Shown in pieces: positions 18,754 through 27,643 of a DNA stretch of 64,000 bases; position 1 is the first letter of the stretch, and the number at the start of each line of letters is the position of its first letter. Below the pieces are notes generated by a model. The model was given only the letters and a program-made list of their open reading frames with translations. It made no database searches and had not been told where the DNA came from. The DNA comes from Escherichia phage vB_EcoS_ESCO40, in sequence record NC_106514.1; one strand, given 5' to 3'. The position numbers and the translations under genes were made by a program.

Positions 18754-18860
18754 ATATACATAAATTCGAGGAGAAAACAAAAATTAAATTCTTCGATTAT
18801 GAAAAGCTATACTTACTAGCTAGAGGAAATTCTGACCTAATTATTAAGCTATTCAAAAGA

Positions 18861-19145
18861 ATGCTTACAGAGCCTGATGCTCACCAATTATTGGTCGGTT
18901 CCTCATTTATTTTGAATGAATCAACAATAGTTGATAATCCAAATAAATTGTCTAATAGACAACTGGCAGAATATCTAGGAATTTTAAGTCTACGAAATTA
19001 TGCCGAATACAAGTTTACAAACGATCCTAGTTTGGACATACAATATGTTCCAGTATGGATACCACGTTTAGTAATCGACACTAACCCACTAATCGCAATT
19101 AACAAATCGAAATTAATCTTTAAAGAGGAAATAAAATATGGCTAA
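18861..19145 (+). CDS. hypothetical protein (94 aa)
   Basis: ORF with weak RBS; ends at the start of the next gene. Confidence 0.35.
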   Translation: MLTEPDAHQLLVGSSFILNESTIVDNPNKLSNRQLAEYLGILSLRNYAEYKFTNDPSLDIQYVPVWIPRLVIDTNPLIAINKSKLIFKEEIKYG

Positions 19146-19911
19146 GTCTTGGGGCGAAACTACTGGCGGTTCTAACGATAAAATCGAATTCCTGAAGTTC
19201 AACAACGGTATCACTCGTGTTCGTATCGTTTCTGGTGTTCTTCCACGTTATGTCTATTGGCTGACTAATAAAGAGGGTAGCGTAGCTCCTTTCGAATGTC
19301 TCCGTTTTAACCGCGACAAAGAGAGCTTTGTTCGTGGTAAAGCTGATCCGGTTCATGAGATGGGTTTCTTTGAGAAAGAGCTGGATAAAGATGGTAATCG
19401 CGTTCCGCTGAAACCGAAGAAAAACTATATCGCTTTTGTTATCGACCGTTCTGATAACAAACTGAAAGTAATGGAAGTCAAGGCTACTATTCTGAAAGGC
19501 ATCCAGTCTATCATGAAGCAGTTGAATCTGGCGACTCCGTTTGATATTGATATTTCTATTGAGAAGAAGGGTAAAGGTTTCGATACCGAGTATGATGTAC
19601 AGCAGATTGCTGCTATGCAGTTCCAAATTAAGCTGCAAGATCCTAACAGCGCAGAATCTAAGCAATATGCTGCGGATGTAGATCTGATCGGTGAAGCTAT
19701 GTGTGATGAAGATGGCGACATCATCAAGTTCGAAAAAGTTCCTTCTCTGGAACAAACATATCCGGTTCCTACCTATGAAGAGCAGAAAGAAGCAATTCAA
19801 GCCTTCATGGAAGGTCGTGAGAATAAAGATGATGATGCCAAATCTGGTAACAGCAATGCTGGTTCCCAGAAAGGTATTGACCAAGAAGCTGCAAGCGATC
19901 TGGACGACTAA
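19138..19911 (+). CDS. putative ssDNA-binding protein (abundant early protein)
   Basis: AAGAGGAAA RBS; host-preferred codons; acidic C-terminal tail EAASDLDD typical of SSB-type proteins; not confirmed by motif. Confidence 0.4.
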   Translation: MAKSWGETTGGSNDKIEFLKFNNGITRVRIVSGVLPRYVYWLTNKEGSVAPFECLRFNRDKESFVRGKADPVHEMGFFEKELDKDGNRVPLKPKKNYIAFVIDRSDNKLKVMEVKATILKGIQSIMKQLNLATPFDIDISIEKKGKGFDTEYDVQQIAAMQFQIKLQDPNSAESKQYAADVDLIGEAMCDEDGDIIKFEKVPSLEQTYPVPTYEEQKEAIQAFMEGRENKDDDAKSGNSNAGSQKGIDQEAASDLDD

Positions 19912-19918
19912 TAAATAG

Positions 19919-19942
19919 AGGGGCTTCGGCCCCTTTCTTTTT
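19919..19942 (+). terminator. intrinsic terminator
   Basis: GGGGC-TTCG-GCCCC hairpin followed by TTTCTTTTT. Confidence 0.75.
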
Positions 19943-19947
19943 AACTT

Positions 19948-20478
19948 ATGAGAAATAAGCTATATTCCTTATTTTTGGAAGACCCTAAAAAATTCATTTT
20001 ATTAGTAAATAAATTCAGAGAAAGATTTTCTTATGATCCTGAGTCCGGCCTACTCTCTAGGAAAGTAGGAACGGGTGGTCAGTTAGCAGGATCTATAGTA
20101 GGCACGGATAATGGAAAAGGGTATTTAAGAACCTCATTTAATAATGAGCAGTATCTTGTACATTTAATTATTTATGCCATGCAGACTAATGAAATGGCAG
20201 AAGTAGTAGACCACAAAGACTTAGATAAGAAGAATAATAGATGGAATAATCTAAGACCAACTAATAAATCAGGTAATGAAAGAAACACAAGCGTAAGATC
20301 TAATAGTACCACAGGTGTTAAAAACGTATATTGGATACCTGGGAGACATAAGTATAGGGTTCAGTTTAAAATCCACGGAGAAACAAAATACTTTGGATAT
20401 TATGATACTATTCAAGAAGCAGAAGTAGTAGCTGATAGGGAACGTAGGCGACTACACGGAGAATTTGCCAGATCATGA
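19948..20478 (+). CDS. HNH homing endonuclease with AP2-like DNA-binding domain
   Basis: VDHKDLDKKNNRWNNLR HNH motif; C-terminal GVKNVYW...YRVQFKIHGETKYFGYY AP2-like segment. Confidence 0.8.
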   Translation: MRNKLYSLFLEDPKKFILLVNKFRERFSYDPESGLLSRKVGTGGQLAGSIVGTDNGKGYLRTSFNNEQYLVHLIIYAMQTNEMAEVVDHKDLDKKNNRWNNLRPTNKSGNERNTSVRSNSTTGVKNVYWIPGRHKYRVQFKIHGETKYFGYYDTIQEAEVVADRERRRLHGEFARS

Positions 20479-21452
20479 AAATACTCTTTAGTGCTGATCA
20501 CCATATAAAACTTGGGCAAGATAAAATTCCCAAAGAATGGCAGAAGAAAAGATTCTTAATGCTGGGAGACCGTCTAAATGATATATTCCATAATCATAAC
20601 TGTGATTTGCATATTATTGGTGGTGATTTATTTGATCATTCCGACCCGTCGTCGGAAGAAGTAGAACTTCTAGAAAAATTTATGTCTAGGCTAGATCATA
20701 TAGGAATGGTATTTACAGGTAATCATGAATTAATAACTAAAACCATTTCGTGCCTATATCATTATGCGGGGGTTATTAACAAAGTAACTAGTGGGAAGTG
20801 GGAAGTAATTACCAAACCATATCGTTCCCCTGAATTTGATATTGTTCCGTATGATGAGATCCATAAATCTAAGTGGAAACCTCCTGTATCAAAACTATGT
20901 TTCACGCATGTTCGTGGTGAAATCCCTCCGCATGTAAAACCAGAAATTGATCTAACTAAGTACAACTGTTATGATACTGTAATTGCTGGCGATTTACATT
21001 CTTATACTAATAGCCAGACTATCGGATCTACTAGACTTCTCTACCCAGGCTCTCCATTAACTACATCGTTCCATAGAGAACGCACAAAAGGTACAAATGG
21101 TTGCTTTATCATTGATACCGACACATTAAAAGTAGAATGGATTGAACTAGGTGATTTACCACAACTGATTCGTAAAACAATCGGAGCAGGTGAAGAGATG
21201 GAACCTAGTGATTATGATCGTGTAGTCTACGAAGTTACTGGTGACGTTGTTCAATTAAAGTCTATTAAAGACTCTGATTTATTAGATAAGAAGATTAACC
21301 ATCGAGTTACTAAAGATGCTAAGTTAAATCTTGTTGATCTTGATATGTTGGGCGAACTTGAACTTTACTTCCGTGAAGTCGAGAAGCTATCTCAAGGCGA
21401 CATTGATAGAATCTTGGCTAGAGCTGCGAAATATGTCAAAGATTACAATTAA
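20475..21452 (+). CDS. SbcD/Mre11-like nuclease
   Basis: Calcineurin-like phosphoesterase motifs SADHHI, GGDLFDH, TGNHE. Confidence 0.8.
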   Translation: MKILFSADHHIKLGQDKIPKEWQKKRFLMLGDRLNDIFHNHNCDLHIIGGDLFDHSDPSSEEVELLEKFMSRLDHIGMVFTGNHELITKTISCLYHYAGVINKVTSGKWEVITKPYRSPEFDIVPYDEIHKSKWKPPVSKLCFTHVRGEIPPHVKPEIDLTKYNCYDTVIAGDLHSYTNSQTIGSTRLLYPGSPLTTSFHRERTKGTNGCFIIDTDTLKVEWIELGDLPQLIRKTIGAGEEMEPSDYDRVVYEVTGDVVQLKSIKDSDLLDKKINHRVTKDAKLNLVDLDMLGELELYFREVEKLSQGDIDRILARAAKYVKDYN

Positions 21453-23271
21453 GACACTAAAATTTAGTAACGTTATGTCTTACGGTAAGGACATCGTAAT
21501 TCATTTCGATAAGAATCCAGTTACTCAACTAATTGGTGGCAATGGGCTAGGGAAATCCACCATCGCTACGGTTATCGAGGAATTGTTTTATAACAAGAAC
21601 TCTCGAGGTATCAAGAAGGATGCTCTATTCTCCTGGGCTTCTCCGAAGAAAGAATACGATATGCACGCTTACTTTTCAAAAGATGATGATGAGTATGAGC
21701 TGCATAAAGTTGTCAAGTCAACTGCTAAAGTAACGTTGATTAAGAATGGGGAAGATATTAGTGGGCACACGGCAACCCAAACATACAAGATGATTGAAGA
21801 GATTATGGGTGGTGACTTTCAAACATTCACCAAACTGATTTATCAATCAGTGGGTTCTAATCTAGATTTTCTAAAAGCAACAGATGCAACACGTAAGGCT
21901 TTTCTTGTTAACTTGTTCAATCAGGAACAATACAAAGAAATGTCGGAAACTATTAAGGCCGACCGTAAAGAAATAGCAAATACCTTAAATAATTTGCAGG
22001 GCCAAATGGCTGTAATTACGAAAATCCTTAATGGAAAAAATAATCTAGGAACTTTGCAGGAACCTGTAGAGGTGCCGGAGTTTGATGAAGAGCCATTAGC
22101 GCAAGAACTTACTGAATCGAAAATTAAGGCGGCATTAGCCAAGTCTCAAGAGGCTAATATTACTAAGTTGCGTAATTTGGACAAAGCTGTACAAGTTGCC
22201 GAACAATCTTTCGAACCTTTCAAAAATTTGCCCGCGCCCACCGACCAAAATGAAGAGATCTCGAGTGTTACGCGTGACCTAACGATTGTGACCTCACGTG
22301 CGAGCGAAGTTAAGAAACGTTATCAGAAGTTCAAGCAAGAGGCTTCGAATACTGAATGCCCTACTTGCGGTACTCATCTAGATACAACTGCTGCTCAAAA
22401 AGCAATGGATATGGCTAGAGTAGAATATGATCCTCTGTTCAAAGAGAAGCAATCTCTTGAAGCTAAGCTAGAACAGTTGAAGAAAGAACAACTTGAGTAC
22501 GTTGCGTATACTAGAGCAAAAGATGCTCTTGATAAAGCGGTGGTAGCTAGAGACGAGTTCAAAAATTCAATGAGTGATGCTTCTTTTGAAGAACTCAATG
22601 TGCAAATCCTACAGGTGCAAATCCGACAATTAGAACAGGCAATCGCTGATGGACGTTCTAAGGTTGCAATTGCCAAAGAGCATAATGCAAATGTAGAATT
22701 AGCCAATGCAAAATATAAAGCAAAGTTAGAACAGATTGAGAAAGCAGAAGCAGAAATGACTGAGATTACTTCCAAACTGAATGGAGTAGCCGAAGCTGTA
22801 GCTGATCTTGATATTCTAATTGCTGCTTTGAAAAATCTGGTGGGGTATAAACTAGAGCATAGTGTGAAAGTATTTGAAGAACTAATTAATAAATACCTTT
22901 CCATTATGACTGGAGGTAAATTCGCACTTGGATTTGAACTGGATGAAACGAAGTTACAAGTAGTAATCTTCAATGATGGAAACCGTACCAGTATGGAGAA
23001 CTGCTCTACTGGTCAGCAAAGTCGAATTAATCTAGCAACCCTGTTAGCTATTCGGATGCTGTTAACATCTATTAGTAAAGTTAATATTAATCTTCTATTC
23101 CTTGATGAAGTAATTAGCTTTATTGATACGAAAGGACTTGATACTCTCGTTGAACTATTAAATGAGGAAGAAAGTCTAAATTCTATCATTGTTTCTCATG
23201 GGCATACGCATCCATTAGCTCATAAGATTACTGTCAAAAAAGATGCAGAAGGATTTTCCTACTTAGAATAA
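21433..23271 (+). CDS. SbcC/Rad50-like ATPase
   Basis: N-terminal Walker A GGNGLGKST, central coiled coil with CPTCG zinc hook, C-terminal LLFLDEVISFID Walker B/D-loop; start taken at ATG 21433 (MSKITIK). Confidence 0.8.
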   Translation: MSKITIKTLKFSNVMSYGKDIVIHFDKNPVTQLIGGNGLGKSTIATVIEELFYNKNSRGIKKDALFSWASPKKEYDMHAYFSKDDDEYELHKVVKSTAKVTLIKNGEDISGHTATQTYKMIEEIMGGDFQTFTKLIYQSVGSNLDFLKATDATRKAFLVNLFNQEQYKEMSETIKADRKEIANTLNNLQGQMAVITKILNGKNNLGTLQEPVEVPEFDEEPLAQELTESKIKAALAKSQEANITKLRNLDKAVQVAEQSFEPFKNLPAPTDQNEEISSVTRDLTIVTSRASEVKKRYQKFKQEASNTECPTCGTHLDTTAAQKAMDMARVEYDPLFKEKQSLEAKLEQLKKEQLEYVAYTRAKDALDKAVVARDEFKNSMSDASFEELNVQILQVQIRQLEQAIADGRSKVAIAKEHNANVELANAKYKAKLEQIEKAEAEMTEITSKLNGVAEAVADLDILIAALKNLVGYKLEHSVKVFEELINKYLSIMTGGKFALGFELDETKLQVVIFNDGNRTSMENCSTGQQSRINLATLLAIRMLLTSISKVNINLLFLDEVISFIDTKGLDTLVELLNEEESLNSIIVSHGHTHPLAHKITVKKDAEGFSYLE

Positions 23272-23274
23272 AAC

Positions 23275-23757
23275 ATGGCTGTAGATAGTAGAGAGAAAGG
23301 TAAACGTGGTGAATATCAGGTAAGAGATATTTTACGTGAGCGTACAGGTCTTGAGTGGGAACGTGTTCCTGGCTCTGGTGCTTTTGGCCAGAGCCACGGA
23401 CTGAAAGGTGACATCTACCTTCCACCACAAAGCGGACACATTAGTAAATACTGCTTCGAAGTTAAGTGGTATAAAGATGATAATATATCAAGTAATTTAT
23501 TTAATGTTGGTGAATCCACTCTAGAGAAGTGGTGGCAGCAGTGTTCACGTGAAGGTGAGCAGATGAACTCCAAACCTGCATTAATATTCAAAAAAGACAG
23601 AGGACAGTGGTTAATAGCTTTGGATAGCTCAGACCCGATGGTTGACAACTTAATGAGTCGTACCCATATGGTCTTAAATAAGAAAGGCATGGAAATCGTA
23701 ATCGGTTTATTTGAGCCGTGGCTACATAATGCATCTGTTGAGGACTTAATTAAATAA
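23275..23757 (+). CDS. putative PD-(D/E)xK nuclease (Hjc/VRR-NUC-like)
   Basis: GEYQVRDIL ... GDIYL ... FEVKW spacing consistent with E...D...EVK catalytic pattern. Confidence 0.4.
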   Translation: MAVDSREKGKRGEYQVRDILRERTGLEWERVPGSGAFGQSHGLKGDIYLPPQSGHISKYCFEVKWYKDDNISSNLFNVGESTLEKWWQQCSREGEQMNSKPALIFKKDRGQWLIALDSSDPMVDNLMSRTHMVLNKKGMEIVIGLFEPWLHNASVEDLIK

Positions 23758-24632
23758 TGAGTAAATCCTGGGGAAAATTTATTGAAGAAGAGGAAGCTGA
23801 AATGGCTTCCCGTCGTAACCTAATGATTGTCGATGGAACTAACTTAGGCTTTCGCTTCAAACATAACAACAGTAAAAAACCATTTGCCTCAAGTTATGTT
23901 TCAACTATTCAATCTCTGGCAAAATCCTACTCTGCAAGAACCACGATTGTTTTAGGCGATAAAGGGAAGTCTGCATTTCGCCTAGAGCATCTTCCGGAGT
24001 ATAAAGGGAATCGAGACGAGAAATACTCTCAGCGTACGGAAGAGGAGAAAGCGTTAGATGAGCAGTTCTTCGAGTATTTGAAAGATGCTTTCGAACTATG
24101 TGAAACTACATTCCCAACCTTCACTATTCGTGGCGTAGAAGCAGATGATATGGCAGCTTATATTGTTAAGCTCATCGGGCATCTATATGATCACGTTTGG
24201 TTGATTTCTACTGACGGTGACTGGGATACCTTATTAACTGATAAAGTTTCTCGCTTCTCTTTCACAACACGTCGTGAATATCATCTTCGTGATATGTACG
24301 AGCATCATAATGTTGACGATGTAGAGCAGTTTATCTCTCTGAAAGCAATTATGGGTGATTTAGGGGATAATATCCGAGGTGTTGAAGGTATCGGGGCAAA
24401 ACGCGGGTATAACATTATTCGTGAATTCGGTAACGTTCTGGATATTATTGATCAGCTTCCATTGCCTGGAAAACAGAAATATATACAGAATTTAAATGCT
24501 TCGGAAGAGTTGCTTTATCGAAACCTAATTCTGGTTGATTTACCTACCTACTGCGTGGATGCTATTGCTGCTGTAGGTCAAGATGTATTAGATAAGTTCA
24601 CAAAAGATATTTTGGAGATTGCAGAACAATGA
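23757..24632 (+). CDS. D15: flap endonuclease / 5'-3' exonuclease
   Basis: 291 aa; N-terminal MIVDGTNLGFRF and central GVEADDMAAY motifs of FEN/5' nuclease family; matches the T5 D15 exonuclease as recalled. Confidence 0.9.
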   Translation: MSKSWGKFIEEEEAEMASRRNLMIVDGTNLGFRFKHNNSKKPFASSYVSTIQSLAKSYSARTTIVLGDKGKSAFRLEHLPEYKGNRDEKYSQRTEEEKALDEQFFEYLKDAFELCETTFPTFTIRGVEADDMAAYIVKLIGHLYDHVWLISTDGDWDTLLTDKVSRFSFTTRREYHLRDMYEHHNVDDVEQFISLKAIMGDLGDNIRGVEGIGAKRGYNIIREFGNVLDIIDQLPLPGKQKYIQNLNASEELLYRNLILVDLPTYCVDAIAAVGQDVLDKFTKDILEIAEQ

Positions 24633-25075
24633 TTAAAATTAAATTAACTCACCCAGATTGTATGCCTAAGATTGGTTCCGAAGATGCCGCAGGTATGGAT
24701 CTGCGAGCATTCTTTGGTACAAACCCTGCCGCAGATTTACGTGCTATTGCGCCAGGCAAATCCCTAATGATTGACACCGGTGTCGCGGTAGAAATTCCGC
24801 GAGGTTGGTTCGGTTTGGTGGTTCCTCGCAGCTCTTTAGGTAAGCGCCATTTGATGATTGCAAACACCGCTGGAGTGATCGACTCAGACTATCGTGGTAC
24901 TATTAAGATGAACCTTTATAACTACGGTTCTGAAATTCAAACTCTGGAGAATTTTGAAAGACTTTGCCAGTTAGTGGTACTACCGCATTACTCAACCCAT
25001 AATTTTAAAATCGTTGATGAACTAGGGGAGACTGATCGTGGAGAGGGTGGATTTGGAAGTTCAGGAAGCAAATAA
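24629..25075 (+). CDS. dut: dUTPase
   Basis: AAGMDL, VVPRSSLG and GVIDSDYRG dUTPase motifs. Confidence 0.85.
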   Translation: MIKIKLTHPDCMPKIGSEDAAGMDLRAFFGTNPAADLRAIAPGKSLMIDTGVAVEIPRGWFGLVVPRSSLGKRHLMIANTAGVIDSDYRGTIKMNLYNYGSEIQTLENFERLCQLVVLPHYSTHNFKIVDELGETDRGEGGFGSSGSK

Positions 25076-25301
25076 TTTTACTGATCCTAATATGGTAGGT
25101 ATTGATACTAATGTGTCAACTTATCAGACTAAAACTACAGAACCGGAAAGATTTGTACTAAAAACAGACAAAGAAGGTAATGTTACTTTCTGGGATCCTG
25201 AAGGTTTTGTAGAGCTTTGTACTAATACAGATAATGAGCAGTTAAAATTACTATTAACTATTTATAATCTTGGTATTATAGAAGGTTGTAGAAGAGAATA
25301 G
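25038..25301 (+). CDS. hypothetical protein (87 aa)
   Basis: ORF overlapping the dUTPase 3' end; weak start signals. Confidence 0.3.
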   Translation: MERVDLEVQEANNFTDPNMVGIDTNVSTYQTKTTEPERFVLKTDKEGNVTFWDPEGFVELCTNTDNEQLKLLLTIYNLGIIEGCRRE

Positions 25302-25307
25302 TAGAGA

Positions 25308-25338
25308 AAACCCCAGTGGACAAAATCCGCTGGGGTTT
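25308..25338. terminator. bidirectional terminator between convergent early and late units
   Basis: AAACCCCAG/CTGGGGTTT stem with 13-nt loop; T-rich flank on both strands. Confidence 0.6.
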
Positions 25339-25686
25339 CTTATTATGATATTAGCTTATTAGCTAATATTTTTAGTTTGTCCCTATTTGAGTGGGTTATT
25401 TAGATGTTTTTAGTGCCACTATCCCTGCCCCCAAATCCTACGTTTGTTTACTTAGATACTAGACAAATCCTAGTAGACCACAAGGGTTGGGGCCTACTAA
25501 AGGCCTATCTCTATCCTACCAGTATCACGAGTGTCCTTTTAAGCTCCATTGCTATATTTGGTATATTAAGATGCTATACCCTCCCGTTGGCAATAACACC
25601 GAAGTTGGTAGGACTATGTACGCACAACATCAGAATAGGGTAGAAAATTCTACATCTGCAGAATTTTTAGAGGAATCCAGGTGGCG

Positions 25687-27366
25687 TTACTTCTGTACCA
25701 TTAGATTGACCAGTTCTCTGAGTTCAGCCAATTCAGCTTTCATCTCAGCCAACTCCCTATCCTGCTCCTGTACCACTGCCACGATATCTGCTAGTATCGC
25801 ACGATCGTTCAGGTTGAGCATTCCAGACATGCTACCGGAAAACGCGTAAATCTCATCCGCTTCTTTAGCTTCCTGAGCAACAAATCCGCGATCTTTGCGC
25901 CCATCTGATAGCCATTCAAACTCACGCGCAACAAGGCGGTTAATACGGTCACGTGGGGTGTTGCCTTCCGTATTGGTGGTGTCTGTGATCTTGTCTTTGA
26001 GGCGACGATCTGAACCGCCAGGTTGGATAAGGCCTAAATTAGTGTCGATACATGAATTTTCCCATTTAAACGCCCAATATTTATTACCTCCTACGGCTCT
26101 ATTAATATTTAGTTGTACGGCTCTAAATTGTGTATTACCTTCACGTATGCCACCAAATTCCCACCTATCGTCATACCAATGACCACGAATAATATTTACA
26201 TAGGTATTACCTTCGCTACTAGGAGTAACATTGAAAAACTCGATGGCATTGGGTTCTCCTGTATTACCTACGAAAAAACCACCTCTCCCTGGTACTGTTA
26301 CCACACCAATTGAGTTAACAGACATTACCTCCCGCAACGTACCTTCTTGTCCTTTTACTTCTAGTGCAGAATAAAAATCTGTCCCAAAAAGAATCTTGGT
26401 ACGCAATTGTGAGACATATGCTTCCGCGCCAGCAATATTGTATACAGATCGCACAGCACCGCCATAGGCCATTACGCCGTTAGATGGACTTGTCGCATCA
26501 CCATTAATAACACTCCACGAGGTATTCGCAGCCACGAACCCCCCAGAAGCACGGATTACCCAGACGCCGACAAAGTTTCGTGTAAGGATTTCGTCCCTTG
26601 ATGCCCCGTAGATAGGGCTTGAGCGTGAGGCGTCAAAATTTAATGTATTATAGCGCCCAGCTACTGCAATATTTCCTGTACTTGGAATTGCATCCCCATC
26701 CCCATTAGGAAAAATCGCATTATCAACAAAGAAAGCACCGCTAGCAGCAGAACCAAATACCTGAGCGTAACTACCCCCTGAGTAACTAGGAACAGCAGCA
26801 GTAATATTAGGCGCAGCGGATTCAAATAGCTGGCCATTTGCACCACTATTCCCACCATCACCACGACCGTAGAGAGCACGTATTGATCCTTGTTGCACAC
26901 CGTTCCTATCTGGCACACGGAAAGTAGTTGTACCGTCACCCAATGAGTATCTGCCACGCTGAAATTTATCTGCTAACCAAACTGAATCATCTATAGCCCC
27001 AACCATTTGTGCATACGCCCAAAGTTCAGGCCAGTCAGCCCTATTAAGAAGCTGTCCGTCAGAAACGACTTCGTATGGTTGAATATACGCACGACTATCT
27101 CGAAGGTGGAAATCACCAACACCGTAATTCATAACACCATTCATAGTGGGACCGACTGTACCGGTGTTAATCTTATTCTCTACCCAACGTTTAGTTGCGG
27201 CATCATAGTCCCCAACAGGATCCCCCGCAAGAGGGGTGGACCCAATAGGACGCACATTTAACCATGCTGCTGCACGGTCTGCAAGATCGGATAAATTGTT
27301 GTTTTTATCCATCTTTTCGTCTTTAAGTTTTGTAATATCCTGGGGGATATTAGTATAAGTAGTCAT
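25687..27366 (-). CDS. L-shaped tail fibre protein, distal part, with C-terminal intramolecular chaperone domain
   Basis: Gly/Ser/Asn-rich fibre-like sequence; C-terminal GGSDRRLKDKI...AELAELRELV resembles the autocleaving S74-type chaperone domain. Confidence 0.7.
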   Translation of the reverse strand: MTTYTNIPQDITKLKDEKMDKNNNLSDLADRAAAWLNVRPIGSTPLAGDPVGDYDAATKRWVENKINTGTVGPTMNGVMNYGVGDFHLRDSRAYIQPYEVVSDGQLLNRADWPELWAYAQMVGAIDDSVWLADKFQRGRYSLGDGTTTFRVPDRNGVQQGSIRALYGRGDGGNSGANGQLFESAAPNITAAVPSYSGGSYAQVFGSAASGAFFVDNAIFPNGDGDAIPSTGNIAVAGRYNTLNFDASRSSPIYGASRDEILTRNFVGVWVIRASGGFVAANTSWSVINGDATSPSNGVMAYGGAVRSVYNIAGAEAYVSQLRTKILFGTDFYSALEVKGQEGTLREVMSVNSIGVVTVPGRGGFFVGNTGEPNAIEFFNVTPSSEGNTYVNIIRGHWYDDRWEFGGIREGNTQFRAVQLNINRAVGGNKYWAFKWENSCIDTNLGLIQPGGSDRRLKDKITDTTNTEGNTPRDRINRLVAREFEWLSDGRKDRGFVAQEAKEADEIYAFSGSMSGMLNLNDRAILADIVAVVQEQDRELAEMKAELAELRELVNLMVQK

Positions 27367-27376
27367 TGATCACCTC

Positions 27377-27643
27377 TTATGCCCATTTGCGTACATCAGG
27401 ATTCTTAATAATGAATTGTTCGATGTCTGACAAGTCTATATTATCTCCTACTATCCTTATATTTATGTAATAACCTTCTTTACCAATAATAGCAGGGGTT
27501 TTACTTTTAGGGTCGTCTACCACAGGGATAAAACCAATTTCATCTATAAACACGTTACCGTAGTTTGTCTTAAGCCACCCACTATCAACGACAACATCCA
27601 GATAATGTTTTTCATCCTTGAATTGTAAATTAATATCTTTCAC
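27377..27643 (-). CDS. hypothetical protein (88 aa) between fibre genes
   Basis: Tightly packed between the two fibre ORFs. Confidence 0.45.
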   Translation of the reverse strand: MKDINLQFKDEKHYLDVVVDSGWLKTNYGNVFIDEIGFIPVVDDPKSKTPAIIGKEGYYINIRIVGDNIDLSDIEQFIIKNPDVRKWA

